Assembly (NCBI GenBank): GCA_964016885.1
Contig: OZ024740.1
Location: 221,712,001-221,776,000 of the forward strand
Source of the DNA: Eledone cirrhosa
Taxonomy: Eukaryota
Reading direction: 5' to 3'
DNA: 64,000 nucleotides
The notes under the pieces are model-generated. The model worked only from the letters and a program-made list of their open reading frames with translations. It was not told where the DNA came from and made no database searches. Each line of letters starts with the position of its first letter. Positions within the stretch are counted from its first letter, which is position 1. Below are positions 43,281 through 57,649 of this stretch, piece after piece. The position numbers were made by a program, and so were the translations under genes.

Positions 43281-43628
43281 CAAATATACTCTCACTTCGT
43301 CTCGATCAGAGGCAACAATATTTATTCGTTAGACAGAAAATTGTTTGGATTTACATGGATAGCTGATACTTTGTTGAAAATAATATTGTAAAAATAAGTA
43401 TTACGTCAAATTAGATGAAATTTAATATTCATATTAGAAAAAAGAAAAGGAGCCGATCCTCAAACCAAACGAAGGAAACGATGTTTTAATTGGTCTTTTT
43501 AAAAGAAAGACAATATATAAATATAAAGGAAGATTGAATCTGCTACGAAAATCCCGTTTAGAATCTAATTTTTGTTAATTATAAACGTTTCTTCGAGAGT
43601 AGAACCTGTTCGTTATTTAATACGACTA

Positions 43629-43821
43629 GGCGGTGGATTGGCAGTATCGGTAGAGGGTCGGACGCCATGCTTTGACGCATAGAGTTACGGCCCTTGCCAT
43701 TCTGAGTTCAAATCCCGCCGAGGTTGACTTTGCCTTTCATCCTTACGGGGTCGATAAAATAAAGTACCAGTAATACACTGGGTAATTGCTGGCCTTGTGC
43801 CAAAAGTAGAAACAGTTATTT
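43629..43821 (+). mobile_element. Full-length young SINE
   Basis: TSD gttatttaatacgactag. Confidence 0.92.
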
Positions 43822-44356
43822 AATACGACTAGCATAGAATATTGGTATGAGCGGTGTAGTCGACCTCGTCGTTGTAGTAGCTTCAAACTATTTTGTTTAT
43901 CTTTGTATTGGCAAGTACTGTGAAGTCTATGCTGTGCTGAAGAGGTCATAATAATCTTTTGTTAAGTTATCTATTTATCTTTATGAATATAAGTAAGCAT
44001 AGATACACACGTACACCAGGCCAGAACACAGAGGAGCCAAACTCCAACTGTCTTTGCCGCCGTCTCTCTCGCCCTCCCCATCTCTCTCGCCCTCCCCATC
44101 TTTTACACCATCAGCTGGTGGTCGCAGCAGAAGGAGGAAGGATTTTCATTCAGAACGCCCCCCCCCCCTACCCCCCAAAATAACTGGATCGCACATTATG
44201 CAGTCGGATTCTTTAATAACTCTTCCAGTCAACAGCCCATGAACTAGTACTTTACTTATCGACCTCGAATGGATAAAAATAAAAGTTTGCCTTGGCGGAA
44301 TTTGAACAGCCAAAACAATTAAGCAAAAAAGCAACGTTTGTTGAAGGTAAAAATAT

Positions 44357-44546
44357 GATTGTTTTTGCTTTTGGCACAAGGCCTGCAATTACCCAGTGTA
44401 TTACTGGCACTTTATTTTATCGACCCTGTAAGGATGAAAGGCAAAGTTAATCTCGGCGGGATTTGAACTCAGACAATAAATGGCCGTAACTCTTTGCTGC
44501 AAATCATGGCGTCCGACCCTCTACCGACACTGCCAATCCACCGCCC
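44357..44546 (-). mobile_element. Full-length SINE
   Basis: TSD ttgttgaaggtaaaaatat. Confidence 0.9.
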
Positions 44547-45447
44547 TATTGTTGAAGGTAAAAATATAATGATCCTTATTAAACACAATAATGAAACTAT
44601 GAAACCTTTACAAATAACAAATCCAAGTGAGAAGTCTCCTAAATCGGACATATAATCAACACGTGCCACAAAAGGCCGCCATATTACTGGGTTTCCTTGT
44701 AGCCAGTCCGACCATCAACAACAAACAACAGCAATACACAAACAGCAATACACATGTCAGCGACAAATTTGAGTCCAGACAGTTTCACAACAGACTTTAC
44801 CTCGACTCTTATATCTCGTAGCCACAATAAATATCATCATCGATATACCGTCTATTATAATAAGTCTACAAGTGTATATATATATACATAATTACATATA
44901 TAATTACATATGTCTTTGTTGAAGATATATGTTCTTTGAGAAAACATTCTTCGCGACAATTTCTAGCACGTATGATCAGCTTGATTGAGGCATGACCTCA
45001 ACGCTGACCGTTTTCTTTGACAGGAAGGTAGTAGCACATTATAAGCTTGTGTCCCTTCACCAGATGGTCATAAGTAGACTTAATAATCAACACTTGAGGG
45101 CGGCCGACCGCGGTAGAAGCTGCTAAATAGTCGGTCGTCCTCTTGTCTCTGATTTTCAGCCCCATGGATTTTATCTGTTATATTCCTTTGTTATATTTTG
45201 AATACCTGATGATGTCACCGGATTCATACTGAACCCGATCATTGTAATGCTCATAGTATAATAAACCTTTCAAGGATTTACACCAGTCCAGCCTCCTGTT
45301 ATTTTATAATAATTAACTCCGTAGTCGCACCACCAACTACACAAACGAAGACGGGTGAGTTGCATTACGTCGAGTGCTCTCCATAATATTACATCGAGGT
45401 TGACCATACGGAATGACCAGTTCTATCCAGTGGTGAACCAACATACC

Positions 45448-45501
<54 letters not shown>

Positions 45502-45699
45502 AGTGTGCACGCGCGCGTGTGTCACTACTCGGTCTACGTTCACGTCAGTGTTTGTATTTAAATGCTGTTATCTAGCGCTTCGACAAAAGGAGATCGACAA
45601 ATAAGTGGCCTGACTTGAAAAGAATCCGTGCTGGAGTCAAGTTGATTGAAATTTAAGGCGGGATCCCAGCAAAAACGCAATCTATCGACAGACACGAAA

Positions 45700-46251
45700 C
45701 AGAATAAAATAATAATTGTTTCTACTTTTGGCTCAAGGCCAGCAATTACCCAGTGTATTACAGAATAAAAAAATAATTGTTTCTACTTTAGGCACAAGGC
45801 CAGCAATTACCTAGTGCATTACTGGTACTTTTATTTTATCCACCCCGTAAGGATGAAAGGCAAAGTCAACCTCGGCGGGATTTGAACTCAGATCGTAAAG
45901 GGACGTAACTATGCTGGAAAGCATGGCGTCCGACCCTCTACCGATACTGCCAATCCAACGCCCTTATCCACAGAATAAAATAATAATTGTTTCTACGTTA
46001 GGCACAAGGCCAGCAATTAACCAGTGTATTACTGGTACTTTATTTTATCGACCACAGAATAAAATAATAATTGTTTCTACGTTAGGCACAAGGCCAGCAA
46101 TTACCCAGTGTATTACTGGTACTTTATTTTATCGACCCCGTAAGGATGAAAGGCAAAGTCAACCTCGGTGGGATTTGAACTCAGATCGTAAAGGGACGTA
46201 ACTATGCTGGAAAGCATAGCGTCCGACCCTCTACCGATACTGCCAATCCAC
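45700..46251 (-). mobile_element. Array of two near-full SINEs and two 3' stubs
   Basis: four starts cagaataaaa.aataattgtttctac. Confidence 0.85.
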
Positions 46252-46873
46252 ATGAATACCAAAACGGATTTGAAATCGTGTTTCCTTCTTGACTGCTGGG
46301 TACAATGGCCACTAACCTATTCCCTACCTTAAAATCATTATACAATATAGAAAATAAATGGCAAGTGTGCTTGAGCAAGACACATCGTTTTATATTACAC
46401 AAGTCTACCCAGCTGACAAAAAGGCGATGAAACTCCCAGAAAACTACGTTAAATTCACGTGTCTCTGAAAGGCTCAGTCACTTGTACGTTAATCAAACGA
46501 GTGGAGCGCTTGTCATCAGAACAAATGGTGGACCAGCACAACACACTTTAAATCTTGAATAATATATGTGTAACTCATGTGTAATTCTTGCGCCGGATCT
46601 GTATTTAGATTTTGATTAGATGTGATCTAATATGATGATGAGGATGTTTCTATCAGTTCTGTATATTTTTTACTTTTCATCTCATAACTATAGTTCTCTC
46701 TCGTGTTCTTTTCACATTTACTCTCCTTCCCATATTAAGAGAAATGTGTGTGTATGTGTGTGTGTGTATGTGTGTGCGTGTGCGTGCGGGTGTGTGTGTG
46801 TGTGTGTGTGTGCACAAATGTAATCATACATAATATATAAATGTATATGTATATGCGAGTGTATATATATATG

Positions 46874-46907
<34 letters not shown>

Positions 46908-47040
46908 TATGTGCACTAATATAATTATACATACATATATTTAAACCTATCGCATATCGCATATATGGATTAATACATATGGTATATATGTATACAATTG
47001 TGTATGCGCGCGCGCGCATATAAACACACATACACGCACC

Positions 47041-47082
<42 letters not shown>

Positions 47083-47137
47083 CATGCATACTCAAGTACA
47101 TCTCAACATAAATATCACTATATATGTACATACACAG

Positions 47138-47170
<33 letters not shown>

Positions 47171-47227
47171 CATACATGCATACTCAAGTACATCTCAACA
47201 TAAATATCACTGTATATACACGCACGT

Positions 47228-47270
<43 letters not shown>

Positions 47271-47315
47271 CATACATGCATACTCAAGTACATCTCAACA
47301 TAAATATCACAGTAT

Positions 47316-47368
<53 letters not shown>

Positions 47369-47420
47369 CATACATGCATACTCAAGTACATCTCAACATA
47401 AATATCACTATATATAAATG

Positions 47421-47478
<58 letters not shown>

Positions 47479-47615
47479 CGTACATACATACATGCATACT
47501 CAAGTACATCTCGACATAAATATCACTATATATAAATATAAACACACACATATATATATATATACGTACATACATACATGCATACTCAAGTACATCTCGA
47601 CATAAATATCACTGT
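47083..47615. repeat. Compound minisatellite: ~37-bp unit separated by variable (CA)n(TA)n; a further unit at ~47990
   Basis: catgcatactcaagtacatctc(a/g)acataaatatcac x6. Confidence 0.9.
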
Positions 47616-47623
47616 ATATACAT

Positions 47624-47662
<39 letters not shown>

Positions 47663-47905
47663 AATATATCCAGGGGGTGTAACTAGGAGTTACTGCAGGT
47701 TCACCCGGGAGAGCACTCGATGTTTAGGTTCATATCAGTGATGATGTGTAGAGCTTTTCTTATAGCACTTTAAGTGGGTCCGTCGAGCTGCGGATTATTG
47801 AGTCGGGTAGGATCGATATAGATCGAACCTTGAGCTGATCAGTGGCGAAACGCGCGTCACCTATCAATAAATGCAATGAAGGAATAATCAATCGTCCTTT
47901 TTATC

Positions 47906-47988
<83 letters not shown>

Positions 47989-48679
47989 CATGCATACTCA
48001 AGTACATCTCGCAATAAATATCATTGTATATACATGCACAGACAAGCAATTACCTTAAGCTTCAGACGCCGGTTGTATATTCAGTAAAACTGATTATTAA
48101 CTCTTCCTCAAAATTGGTTCTAATTTTTAACACTTAAATCACTGTTTAATACAACCAAAGCAGAAGAACGATGATATGCTTTGATTTTAATCTTGAACGT
48201 AACATTTTAATCTTGAGCCTGTCAAATTATTTGCGGTTGGAATTACTTGGGCAGCAAATTAGCAGAATCTTTGGAACGCCAGATAAATCAGATAAAAGGC
48301 TTTCCGGTCTTCGTTCTGGTTCCCTACTCTCTGAGTTCAAATTTCACGGAGGTGAAGTTTGGCTTTTATACTTTCGCGGTCGATAAATAAATTATCAATC
48401 TACTATTGATATCGATTCTCTGTTTTCACTTCTCGCTCCCCCTCTCCCCCTCTCGAAGAAATCGGCTGTGTTGAGACATTGGGAGGGATGGACTATACAA
48501 GGTTGAAATGCCAAATACATGCCCTATTTCACACAATTGTACACCTACCACTGAATAAAGAGTTAAGGGCCCATGGCATGTCATGTCGAGTGAGGTAGTA
48601 ACATGCTTTTACAACTGCCTTCCACTTATTCAGTTGTATCGTAGAACCCTCACAGCTTAACATATCCGAATTAGAGATA

Positions 48680-48865
48680 TACCCTATACACTCGAATATA
48701 AGTCAAGGAATACGTGACCAAATAAGATGGTAAAATGGACGCCATCTAAACAAGGTGTTGATTAGCTGACTTGTTTTATAAACGAGTTTTAGATTTCTGC
48801 CTATTTCTCATACATAAAATAGTGGGGTCGACTTATATTCGGATCGACTTATATTCGAGTATGTA
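48680..48865. mobile_element. pogo/Tigger-like MITE
   Basis: actcgaatataagtc ... gacttatattcgagt TIRs. Confidence 0.6.
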
Positions 48866-49159
48866 AATTAACTCAAAGGGAGAGTGAACCACTATTTTCA
48901 GAGATCTACTGAAGAGGATATTGTTGTCCTCGAACGTATTTAACACTGCACGCTGACAAAGCTCTTCAATTTTGTATATTAGCCATTGATTACATTAAAA
49001 CTATGAACAAGTCATATTTTTTTAGGATATTTGAGTTGAACATGAAACGTTCTTAGACTGACTATAAAGACATGATGCTAGAGCTGTGATATCTTGCATG
49101 CATTAAGTTCAGCTCTTATTAATAATTGCCATGATTCTTTCAAGGGACTATGTTGAAAA

Positions 49160-49184
49160 ATAGACCTGTGCGTATGTATATGTA

Positions 49185-49217
<33 letters not shown>

Positions 49218-49509
49218 GCGTGTGTGTGTGTGTATGTGTGTATGTGTGTATGCGTGAGTTTATATATGTGTGCATGCATGTACATGTGTGTACATATGTG
49301 GGTGTATGCATATATATGTATATATATAGAGCTGTGTATGAGTATGTGTGTGTATGTGGATGCGTATGTATGTATGTGTGTGTGTGTATATATATGTATA
49401 TGTGTCTATGTGTATATTTATATATATATATATATATGTGTACATCTCACAGGAATGTGTACGGATGGATTATATATTCATTTTATTATATATTATTTTA
49501 GCATATATC

Positions 49510-49606
<97 letters not shown>

Positions 49607-49755
49607 TTATATTATATACTATATTGTTATTTGATTGTATATTGTATTTTTATTGTATACTGTATATTTATTTTACGGTTTTGTTTATATATGTATATGT
49701 GCAAGCATGTGTGTGTAAGCACATATGCATATGTGCATGTGTATGTCCGTGTGCG

Positions 49756-49812
<57 letters not shown>

Positions 49813-51145
49813 CTATATACATGTGTATATGTATATGTGGGTATGTGTATGCATGTAGAGTTATATATATGTGTGTGTATGTGTGTGTGTATGTATTTAT
49901 GTGTATGTATGTGTATATATGTATGTGTATGTATATATATACGTGTGTGTATATATGGCTATGCGTAGGTATATGTGTGTGCGTATGTGTGTGTCTATGT
50001 GTATGTATTTGTGTGTGTGTGTACACATATAGACATATGTGTGTACAAGTATGTATGTGTATGTGTGTATATATATGTATATATATATATGTATATGCAT
50101 ACATATATGTATATGTGTATGCGTGTGTGTCTGTATGCGTGTGTATGTGTGTGTATCTATGTACACACATATATATACATGGTGTGTGTATCTGTCAGTG
50201 GGTGTGTGTGTGTGTGGATGCGTACGTACACCCACATAGGACAGGGTTTGTCTATAAGTTTATATGCGGGTATATGTACTTCTGTGTAGATATATGTACA
50301 GGTCTGTATCTATGAATGTATGTGTGCTTTTGTCTTTGGAAGTGTGTCTGTCTTTGATGCCTACCCATATGCGTGTATGTGCGTGTGTGTGTCTATGTAT
50401 GTGGCTGAGAGTGTTTGTGTATATATGTGCAGTTGTGCCCGAACGCCGATATGTGTCTTTGTATGCGTGTACGTGTGTGTCTGCGCGTGTGTCCGAGTGT
50501 GCGTGCGTGTGAGACCAGATGCAAGGGGCTGTATAGGTAGGCACCAGCAGACATAAGGTGGTCTGTATATGGGTGTGGGTGTGCTTCGGTATGTGTAAGA
50601 GAGGGAGAGTGTGTGTGTGTATATATGTGTATGGGGTTATGTGTGTCTACACATGTGTGCGTACATATGTGTATGCATGCATGTGCGTGTGCCTGCGTGT
50701 GTGTATGTGTGTGTGTGTGTGTATATGTGGGTACATACTCTGGAGTGTGAACAGACGTGTGGGATACCAAACCCAGCATGGCTCCATTGAAGTGTGTCGG
50801 ACGGAAAATGGCTGATGACCAGTGTAGCAGTAAATAGTGACCAGAATTTATGATGACGTAGAAAAACAACAGCCAATGGCATGACAAGAGTGAAAGATGT
50901 TTTTTGAAGGTGTTTTTCGATGATAACACCCCAGTGAGAAAATTTGGCCCGAAAGAATTGCATGTGTCCGTAGGAACCTGCAGCCGTAGAATCAGCCAGA
51001 CCCATACAGTGATCATGTATCAAGTTACCTGCCGGCGAAACAATTGTAACACACAATAAACTGAGTCCAGATGCATCACTGATCTTTCGTTTGTTTATAC
51101 TATTCACGCTCTGCTCTGTAAGAATATTGAGTGCTAATTTTGGCA
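49160..51145 (+). mobile_element. Second copy of the ~1.9-kb non-coding element (see 9290-11170)
   Basis: sequence homology; CTGATGA 50812, GAAACAATTGTA 51037. Confidence 0.7.
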
Positions 51146-51492
51146 TACCGCCTATGGAAGCACCATAGCTACCATTAAACACACGTATATATATATATAT
51201 TAATTCTATCGACCATGACTGACCCCCCACTGATTTTATAGACATCTGTTGGCTTAAGAGAAACTTAATGACAAGGAATGGTATGCCACCCGGAACCTGT
51301 TTATAGAATTCTGTCTGCCCTTGTTACTCTAAAAACATTAATAAATATAAATAAAAATAAACTATAGCTTTGTAGAATTAGCTTTTAATGAATTCCCTTT
51401 TCTATCAACCAATGACCTGCACCCATCCCACTCCCCACCCTCTCCTACCACTTGTAGAGACCTATAAATACCATTTTTATTTTTTGATACCC

Positions 51493-51543
51493 AGATTCCT
51501 GATGATTTCTAATGAATGAAACAGTTCTAGTCCTGTAGAATCT
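51493..51543 (+). ncRNA. Intact type I HHR
   Basis: agattc-CTGATGA-tttc taat gaat-GAAA-cag..ctg-T-A-gaatct. Confidence 0.8.
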
Positions 51544-51625
51544 CATCTATATTAAAACTTTTATACTCTGCTATGTATTGAGTACCTTACTTACTGTGGT
51601 TACCTCCGATTCAACCCGGAATAAC

Positions 51626-51730
<105 letters not shown>

Positions 51731-52519
51731 TGTGTGTGGGTGAGTGAGCATGCGTGTGTGTGTATGCACGTATGTATATATGTATTTATGAATATTAAAT
51801 ATCCATTTATATATATGTGTGTCTATTTGTGTGTGTTGACTTTAAAACTTTGTTTATGTTCCGTAACTTAGCAGTTCATAATGAAGGTGATCGATAAGTT
51901 CGATAAAATAAATACCAGACTTGAACCCCCCCCCCCACCCCCCCAAAAAAAATCACAGACTAATGTCGATATAAACGACTAATTCCATTCAAAGTGGTGC
52001 CCCAGCAAGGCCGCAGTTTAATAACTGAAACCATTAAAGCAAACTACAAGACGAATGCATTATATATTTTGAGCCATTTATATAAGCCACTGATCATTGC
52101 ACAATTTATTTAAAATTAATCCAATGAATGCCATTTACTGGGAACAAGTTTGACATTTTATCACAATTATATGCCTTACATCGGGAGACCCCGTAAACCA
52201 GCGTTCCTAAACATTTACCGAGCTATATTACATGTAATTATCGCAGCAATAAAAGAAAAGAGGAAAATGAAAAAAAATAAATAATAAATAAATAAAATAA
52301 AACAAATTATTAAAAAAAAAAACAACCCAGATCTTTAATGTTTAACCAGGAAATGGAAGTATTAAGCTAAAGCTGAAATTGACCCAAATGATGAATTTGA
52401 CTTGTATGTTTAGTAGGTCAACGTATGTAGGTGATGGAGTGGATTATTGCTATTTCATATATAATATATTATTAATTCTTGTTATTCATATAATGATTTT
52501 TACTTTGGGCATACATTAA

Positions 52520-52800
52520 TTGGTACTATGTATTATCGACCTTGGGAGAATGAAAAGCAAAAGTGACCACGGCAGGATTTGATCTCAGAATGTAAAGAGT
52601 CAGAACAAACAACGTAATAGTTGTCTCTACTTTAGGCACAAGGCCAGCAATTACCCAGTGCATTACTGGTACTTTATTTTATCGACCTCGTAAGGATGAA
52701 AGGCAAAGTCAACCTCGGCGGGATTTGAATTCAGATCGTAAAGGGACGTAACTATGCTGGAAAGCATGGCGTCCGACCCTCTACTGATACTGACAATCCA
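52520..52800 (-). mobile_element. Young SINE (52620-52800) inserted into an older SINE
   Basis: two nested consensus matches. Confidence 0.8.
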
Positions 52801-53041
52801 GTAGTTTATCCGATGCTTTATCAATGCTGCCAATCCAACACACGTCTATACCATACAATATTAAGCTAACTCTCTTTTTCTCTAAAGAAAGCCTATCTAA
52901 CGTATTAAGAGAAGATATGGATGTGTGGTTAAGAAGTTCTCTTCACAATCATGAGAGTTCGGGTTGTGTCCCACTGCATAACACCTTGGGCAAGTGTCTT
53001 GTGAGAAAAGTTCGGTAGAGGGGAAACTGCAGAAGGCCCTC

Positions 53042-53069
<28 letters not shown>

Positions 53070-53077
<8 letters not shown>

Positions 53078-53727
53078 ATACTTTGGGAGGGTCATGTTGC
53101 CAATAAGAAACACACGCACCAGTAAAGAATCATCTGTACTCTACCAACATGCTAAAATAGAACATAAGGGTAAATTAGAGAACATAGAAATAAAAATAGA
53201 ATCTGCACACAGAAAAGACGCAATGTTTAGACAAATCACAGAGGCAATAAACATAAAAGAGTTACAACCAAAATTAAATAGAAAATATGAGTGGAACAGC
53301 AACATCACAACTTACAATTAAGGACAAAATTAAAACACACACACACATAGAACAAACAACCAACCGGTAACATGTAAATAAACAAATAAATAAACAAATA
53401 TAAACACACACAGACACCCGGATGTGGCGCATGCGCAGACTGAGCACACAACACACACACAGAAACAAAATGGCGTAGGACAGAACAAAGGAGAGGCACA
53501 AAAACAAAGAAAAGAATCCCCAGTCTTCTGATGAGGTCACAGAATGTGTGACGAAAGAACTTTGACAATATATAAATAACTATCTGGTTGTGGAACCAAC
53601 CAACCAACCAGAAATTTATAAATTTATAAATTCCTAAATATATAAATTTATTATAATAAATTGAAGTGAAGCAACTGGTGCGTGTGTTTCTTATTGGCAA
53701 CATGACCCTCCCAAAATAAAACAATAT
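53070..53727 (+). mobile_element. 5'-truncated PLE (GIY-YIG C-terminus, 3' UTR, HHR) with inverted ~50-bp terminal copy
   Basis: SVLYQH..EH..RQITEAINI..PKLNRKYEW; inverted ends 53072-53122 / 53675-53727. Confidence 0.8.
53523..53566 (+). ncRNA. Minimal HHR
   Basis: CTGATGA-g-gtcaca gaatg tgtgac-GAAA-gaac-T-T-tgac; stem I imperfect. Confidence 0.65.
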
Positions 53728-53781
53728 CGGTTTCAACACACGATTTCAGATAAAGAATCTTGCTAAACAAATTCAGAAACG

Positions 53782-53841
<60 letters not shown>

Positions 53842-53891
53842 ATTAAGTCAAGTATATAAAATTTGGCTTCGTTTATTATAAATTAAGAATT

Positions 53892-53946
53892 ACTGGTATA
53901 CATATTTCAGTGACAGCCATCATTGACTGTGGCCTCTTCAGGCAGT
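53892..53946 (-). ncRNA. HHR
   Basis: minus: actgc-CTGAAGA-ggccacagtca atga tggctgtcact-GAAA-tatgta-T-A-ccagt. Confidence 0.65.
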
Positions 53947-54009
53947 CCGAATTCGCGTGGAAAAGACAGGTACACATGTATTGACGGAGTAAAACGTGTA
54001 AAAAGTGTA

Positions 54010-55642
54010 ATGGCGAAACCCGACCCAGCGTCACGCCACTACACTTTCGGGCCGCATATGGGACCTCAAGGATAACAATATTACCTATGATCTCACTTGG
54101 AGCTTACTGTCCAGAGCCAACTCTTACACGGGAGGACGCCGTCCGTGCAATTTATGCCCGGAGGAAACTTTACAAACGCTGTTTTCGACGGACCAACTCC
54201 TAAACAAGAAAGATGAACTGGTAACTGCATGTAAACACAGATTGCGTAGGAGTTACCCCGCCCTCAAACCCCATAATGACCGGGGGAGGTGGGTAGACTA
54301 GGGCTATAACACCCCACTTGCCGATTTTGTAATGGGTAACCCCTTGCTTGCAAAGGTAAACGTAAGATCTTCTTTTATATCTTTTTATCGCTTCCTCTAT
54401 ATTTCCTTCTTCCCCCATCCCTCCCTAGTCCTTCCACCCCAGTCCTCTTTCTTTGTCGTCGTCCTTTTACTTTCTCGCCCACCCGAGGCAGCCTCTCGGT
54501 CCTTTGTAGCCTCAGTACCCCCACCCCTTCCCCTATTCTATGATAGATTTGGCCGACTCCGCTTTTTATAGCAGATGTGTTAGACCCCAGATACTTGCCT
54601 TCTTATCCGATGGCTGCCCCTTTTCCGTGCTTTCTATATTTCTTAGTGGTATCTTTGCTTTAATTTCTCGTATATCAGTATTTATTTATATTTTTTTTTG
54701 GGGGGGGGGGGGGGATTCTGAATTAATTTTCCGTATCAAATTTTATATATACTTCGTACGAGCATTTATGTAGTTTGCACTAGAATTTTTGTATCGTGGC
54801 GGCACCCTTAGAGATAGTATTAGTATTCTTTTTCGGGATTCTGAATTATTATTTCGTATTAGTTTTTTTTTTTGCACTGAGCGGTTGCTGGCCTTGTGCC
54901 TGGTGTAAAAACCTTTATTTCGTACTGGTCTCGGGACTCTGAATTATTATTTAGTGGTAGTTTCTTTAGTATTTTGCCCCCCCCCCACTTGTTGACCCGT
55001 CACCGTAAGATATATTCGGTTGTTTATTTATACCTCTTAAAAGGGTCTCATTATAATTCCGTCCCACCTAGTAAACCTTTCTTTAGTCTAGCAGTACCAG
55101 TGAGAGACTTGATAACTGTCCTTAGGTTATAGTAACCAGAAATTGTTTTTTTTTTACATTTAATTGTTTTTTAACACTCTCGGTATTTTTCTATATATTT
55201 ACCCCATATTGTTTTACTTATTGTTTCGACTTCCTACCCCTACCCCTCCCTAGTATCTTCTTTGACCTCCTGCCCAGCTGTAGTTGGCACTATCAACGCA
55301 CGACTGGATTTCCTCCACCCCTCTCCCTCTTTCTTCTACTGGCAGGTTCAACTACCCCTTCCCTCCACAAATTGCCATGATAGAATTATTATGTCTCAAC
55401 AACAAACTTTTGACCAATCCTTGTGACAATCACTTTTACCATATATGGAATTACCCCCTGAGAAGCTCGGCTATTCATATACCAGGATAATAATTTTCAT
55501 TTAGTCCAGAATTAGCCGTCGAAACGGCTTGAGCTCAGCCGTCAGGGTCCTACTCGTTCCTATTACCCACTCTACTACCCTAAGAATTGAGTACTTTGGT
55601 GCGTTATGGTCCACCTGGTTCCTTACTACATTTCCTTCGTTA
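54010..55642 (+). mobile_element. 5'-truncated Nematis-like PLE (endonuclease C-terminus, ~1.35-kb 3' UTR, CTGAGAA HHR)
   Basis: HATTLSGRIWDLK..WSLL..CNLCPEE..LLNKKDELVTACKHR at ~54025-54250. Confidence 0.8.
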
Positions 55643-55777
55643 TATATATATATATATAGTAATAATAATAAATTCGAAGACTAAAATCCAAAGAGGGCTC
55701 GATAAGGATAAATATATATCAAATATATAAGAACCGGAGAGCAAATATTTATTAAAATAACAGATTAAAATCTGTTA

Positions 55778-55856
<79 letters not shown>

Positions 55857-56350
55857 CATGCATTGTCTGGTCAATTCGTAGGGGGACCGTATTGACATAC
55901 TGCGTTTCTAGGACATTTTAAAACCACAGATGGAGAGAGTGAAATAATGGAAGTGAGAAAGAGATATAGATATAGAGGAAGAATCGACCTCAGTATTAGA
56001 CTGGGACTTTTTTACCGACTTCGAATGGATGAATAGCAAAGTCGTCTTCGGTAGGATTTAAACTCGGAGAGCAGAGATTCGAAATGAATACCGCAAAGAA
56101 TTCTTTGCCAAAGCATTCTGAGGCCACGTATATATATATATATATATAACAGAAGAAATGTGGTAAGGAACCAGGTGGACCATAACGTACCAAAGTACTC
56201 CTCAATACTTAGAGTAGTAGAGTGGGTAATAGGAACGAGTAGGACCCCGAGGGCTGAGCTCAAGCCGTTTCGACGGCTAATTTGGACTAAATTAGTCCAG
56301 AATTAGCCGTCGAAACGGCTTGAGCTCAGCCGTTGGGGTTCTACTCGTTC

Positions 56351-56445
<95 letters not shown>

Positions 56446-57001
56446 CTACCAAAATTAGATTAAGGATGCCATGTCTGAGAATATCAGAAGCATGCGCCAC
56501 ACCACCTGTGGAATAAGCTCAAAGATTCCAAGTAGTAAATCCGAGCATTTATTAACATTAAATTAAAAGTCAAATGACATATATATATAAAATAAATACA
56601 TCAAACAATTACAGTGGATAATTTGTAAAGAGTGTAAACACACATAGTTACGGAGGTAGATTATCAAAAATTAACAAGAACATTGAAACCTGAAATAATG
56701 ATTAATCTCCTTTGTAAATATTCCATTTAAGAAATATATTTCACCATTAATCGGCGAATCATAGATGTCAAATCTTAGATGATCGGCAAAGGTGAAGATT
56801 TAACTATCTATGATTACACACTAAAAGCAAATCAGGGAATAACGGCGAAAAGCACATGTGGTTTTAAAAACACACATCGCCCGGCCATCAAGCCACTGGC
56901 GTGAATAGGATTATCGACAGCTAAAAATAGCAGCCAAGTCCTTTTAATATAAAAAGCTCTATTAACATACTTAGGAGCCGCAGATACTATATATATATAA
57001 A

Positions 57002-57200
57002 TAGTTCCACAACAGTTAGTTCACCATTGCCGAGAACAATTGTTTCACCTTATTCGGATCATCAGCTCGGTTTAAATGTACAACCTCATTTAAACCGAGC
57101 TGATGATCCGAATACGGTAAAACAATTGTTCTCAGTAATGGTGAACTAACTGTTGTGGAACTACTACCAAACTCGTCCCTTGGACTGAGTGCTCTACTAC
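57002..57200. mobile_element. Palindromic terminus with two opposed minimal HHRs
   Basis: minus 57030-57070: ccgag-CTGATGA-tcc gaataa ggt-GAAA-caattg-T-T-ctcgg; plus-strand copy has GAAA->AAAA. Confidence 0.8.
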
Positions 57201-57217
57201 TATAGATATATCCGTAT

Positions 57218-57271
<54 letters not shown>

Positions 57272-57287
57272 CATATATATATATATA

Positions 57288-57649
57288 TTAAACATGCAGT
57301 ATATTGCTAAATATACTATACATACAAATATACTATACATTCATGTATATATCAGTATTTCAGAGCACCAATACTAATACCTAAATTTTGATGGACCGGC
57401 AACCACTCTGTTTAATCAGTTCTTAAATATTACTGGAATGCTATAAGAATCCAGCCTCTTTAGTTCTAGGGAGAAGCGAAGGGGTGAGTAGTCTTGATAA
57501 ACGCTAATGAGCGTGAAACAGGACTGTCGATTACTCTCCTTTGCTTCTGCCGAGAATAAGTAAGTCACTACTTTAAAACTCATAGAGAATGGTCTTCAAA
57601 ATGTTTTAAATTAAACATACAGTATATTGCCAAATATACCATACATACA

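Noticed and set aside
43629-43720. tRNA genes
   Set aside because: A and B boxes belong to SINE heads; no cloverleaf, and TSDs are present.
43785-43821. SINE 3' end (GAAACAATTATT in most copies, GAAACAGTTATT here) resembling HHR stem III GAAACAATTGTT
   Set aside because: No CUGANGA core or stem II upstream; probably coincidence.
45205-45270. CTGATGA at 45206 (and CTGAAGA at 48909)
   Set aside because: No correctly placed GAAA, stem III or stem I.
47083-47615. CRISPR-like repeat/spacer appearance
   Set aside because: Spacers are (CA)n(TA)n, the context is eukaryotic and there are no cas genes.
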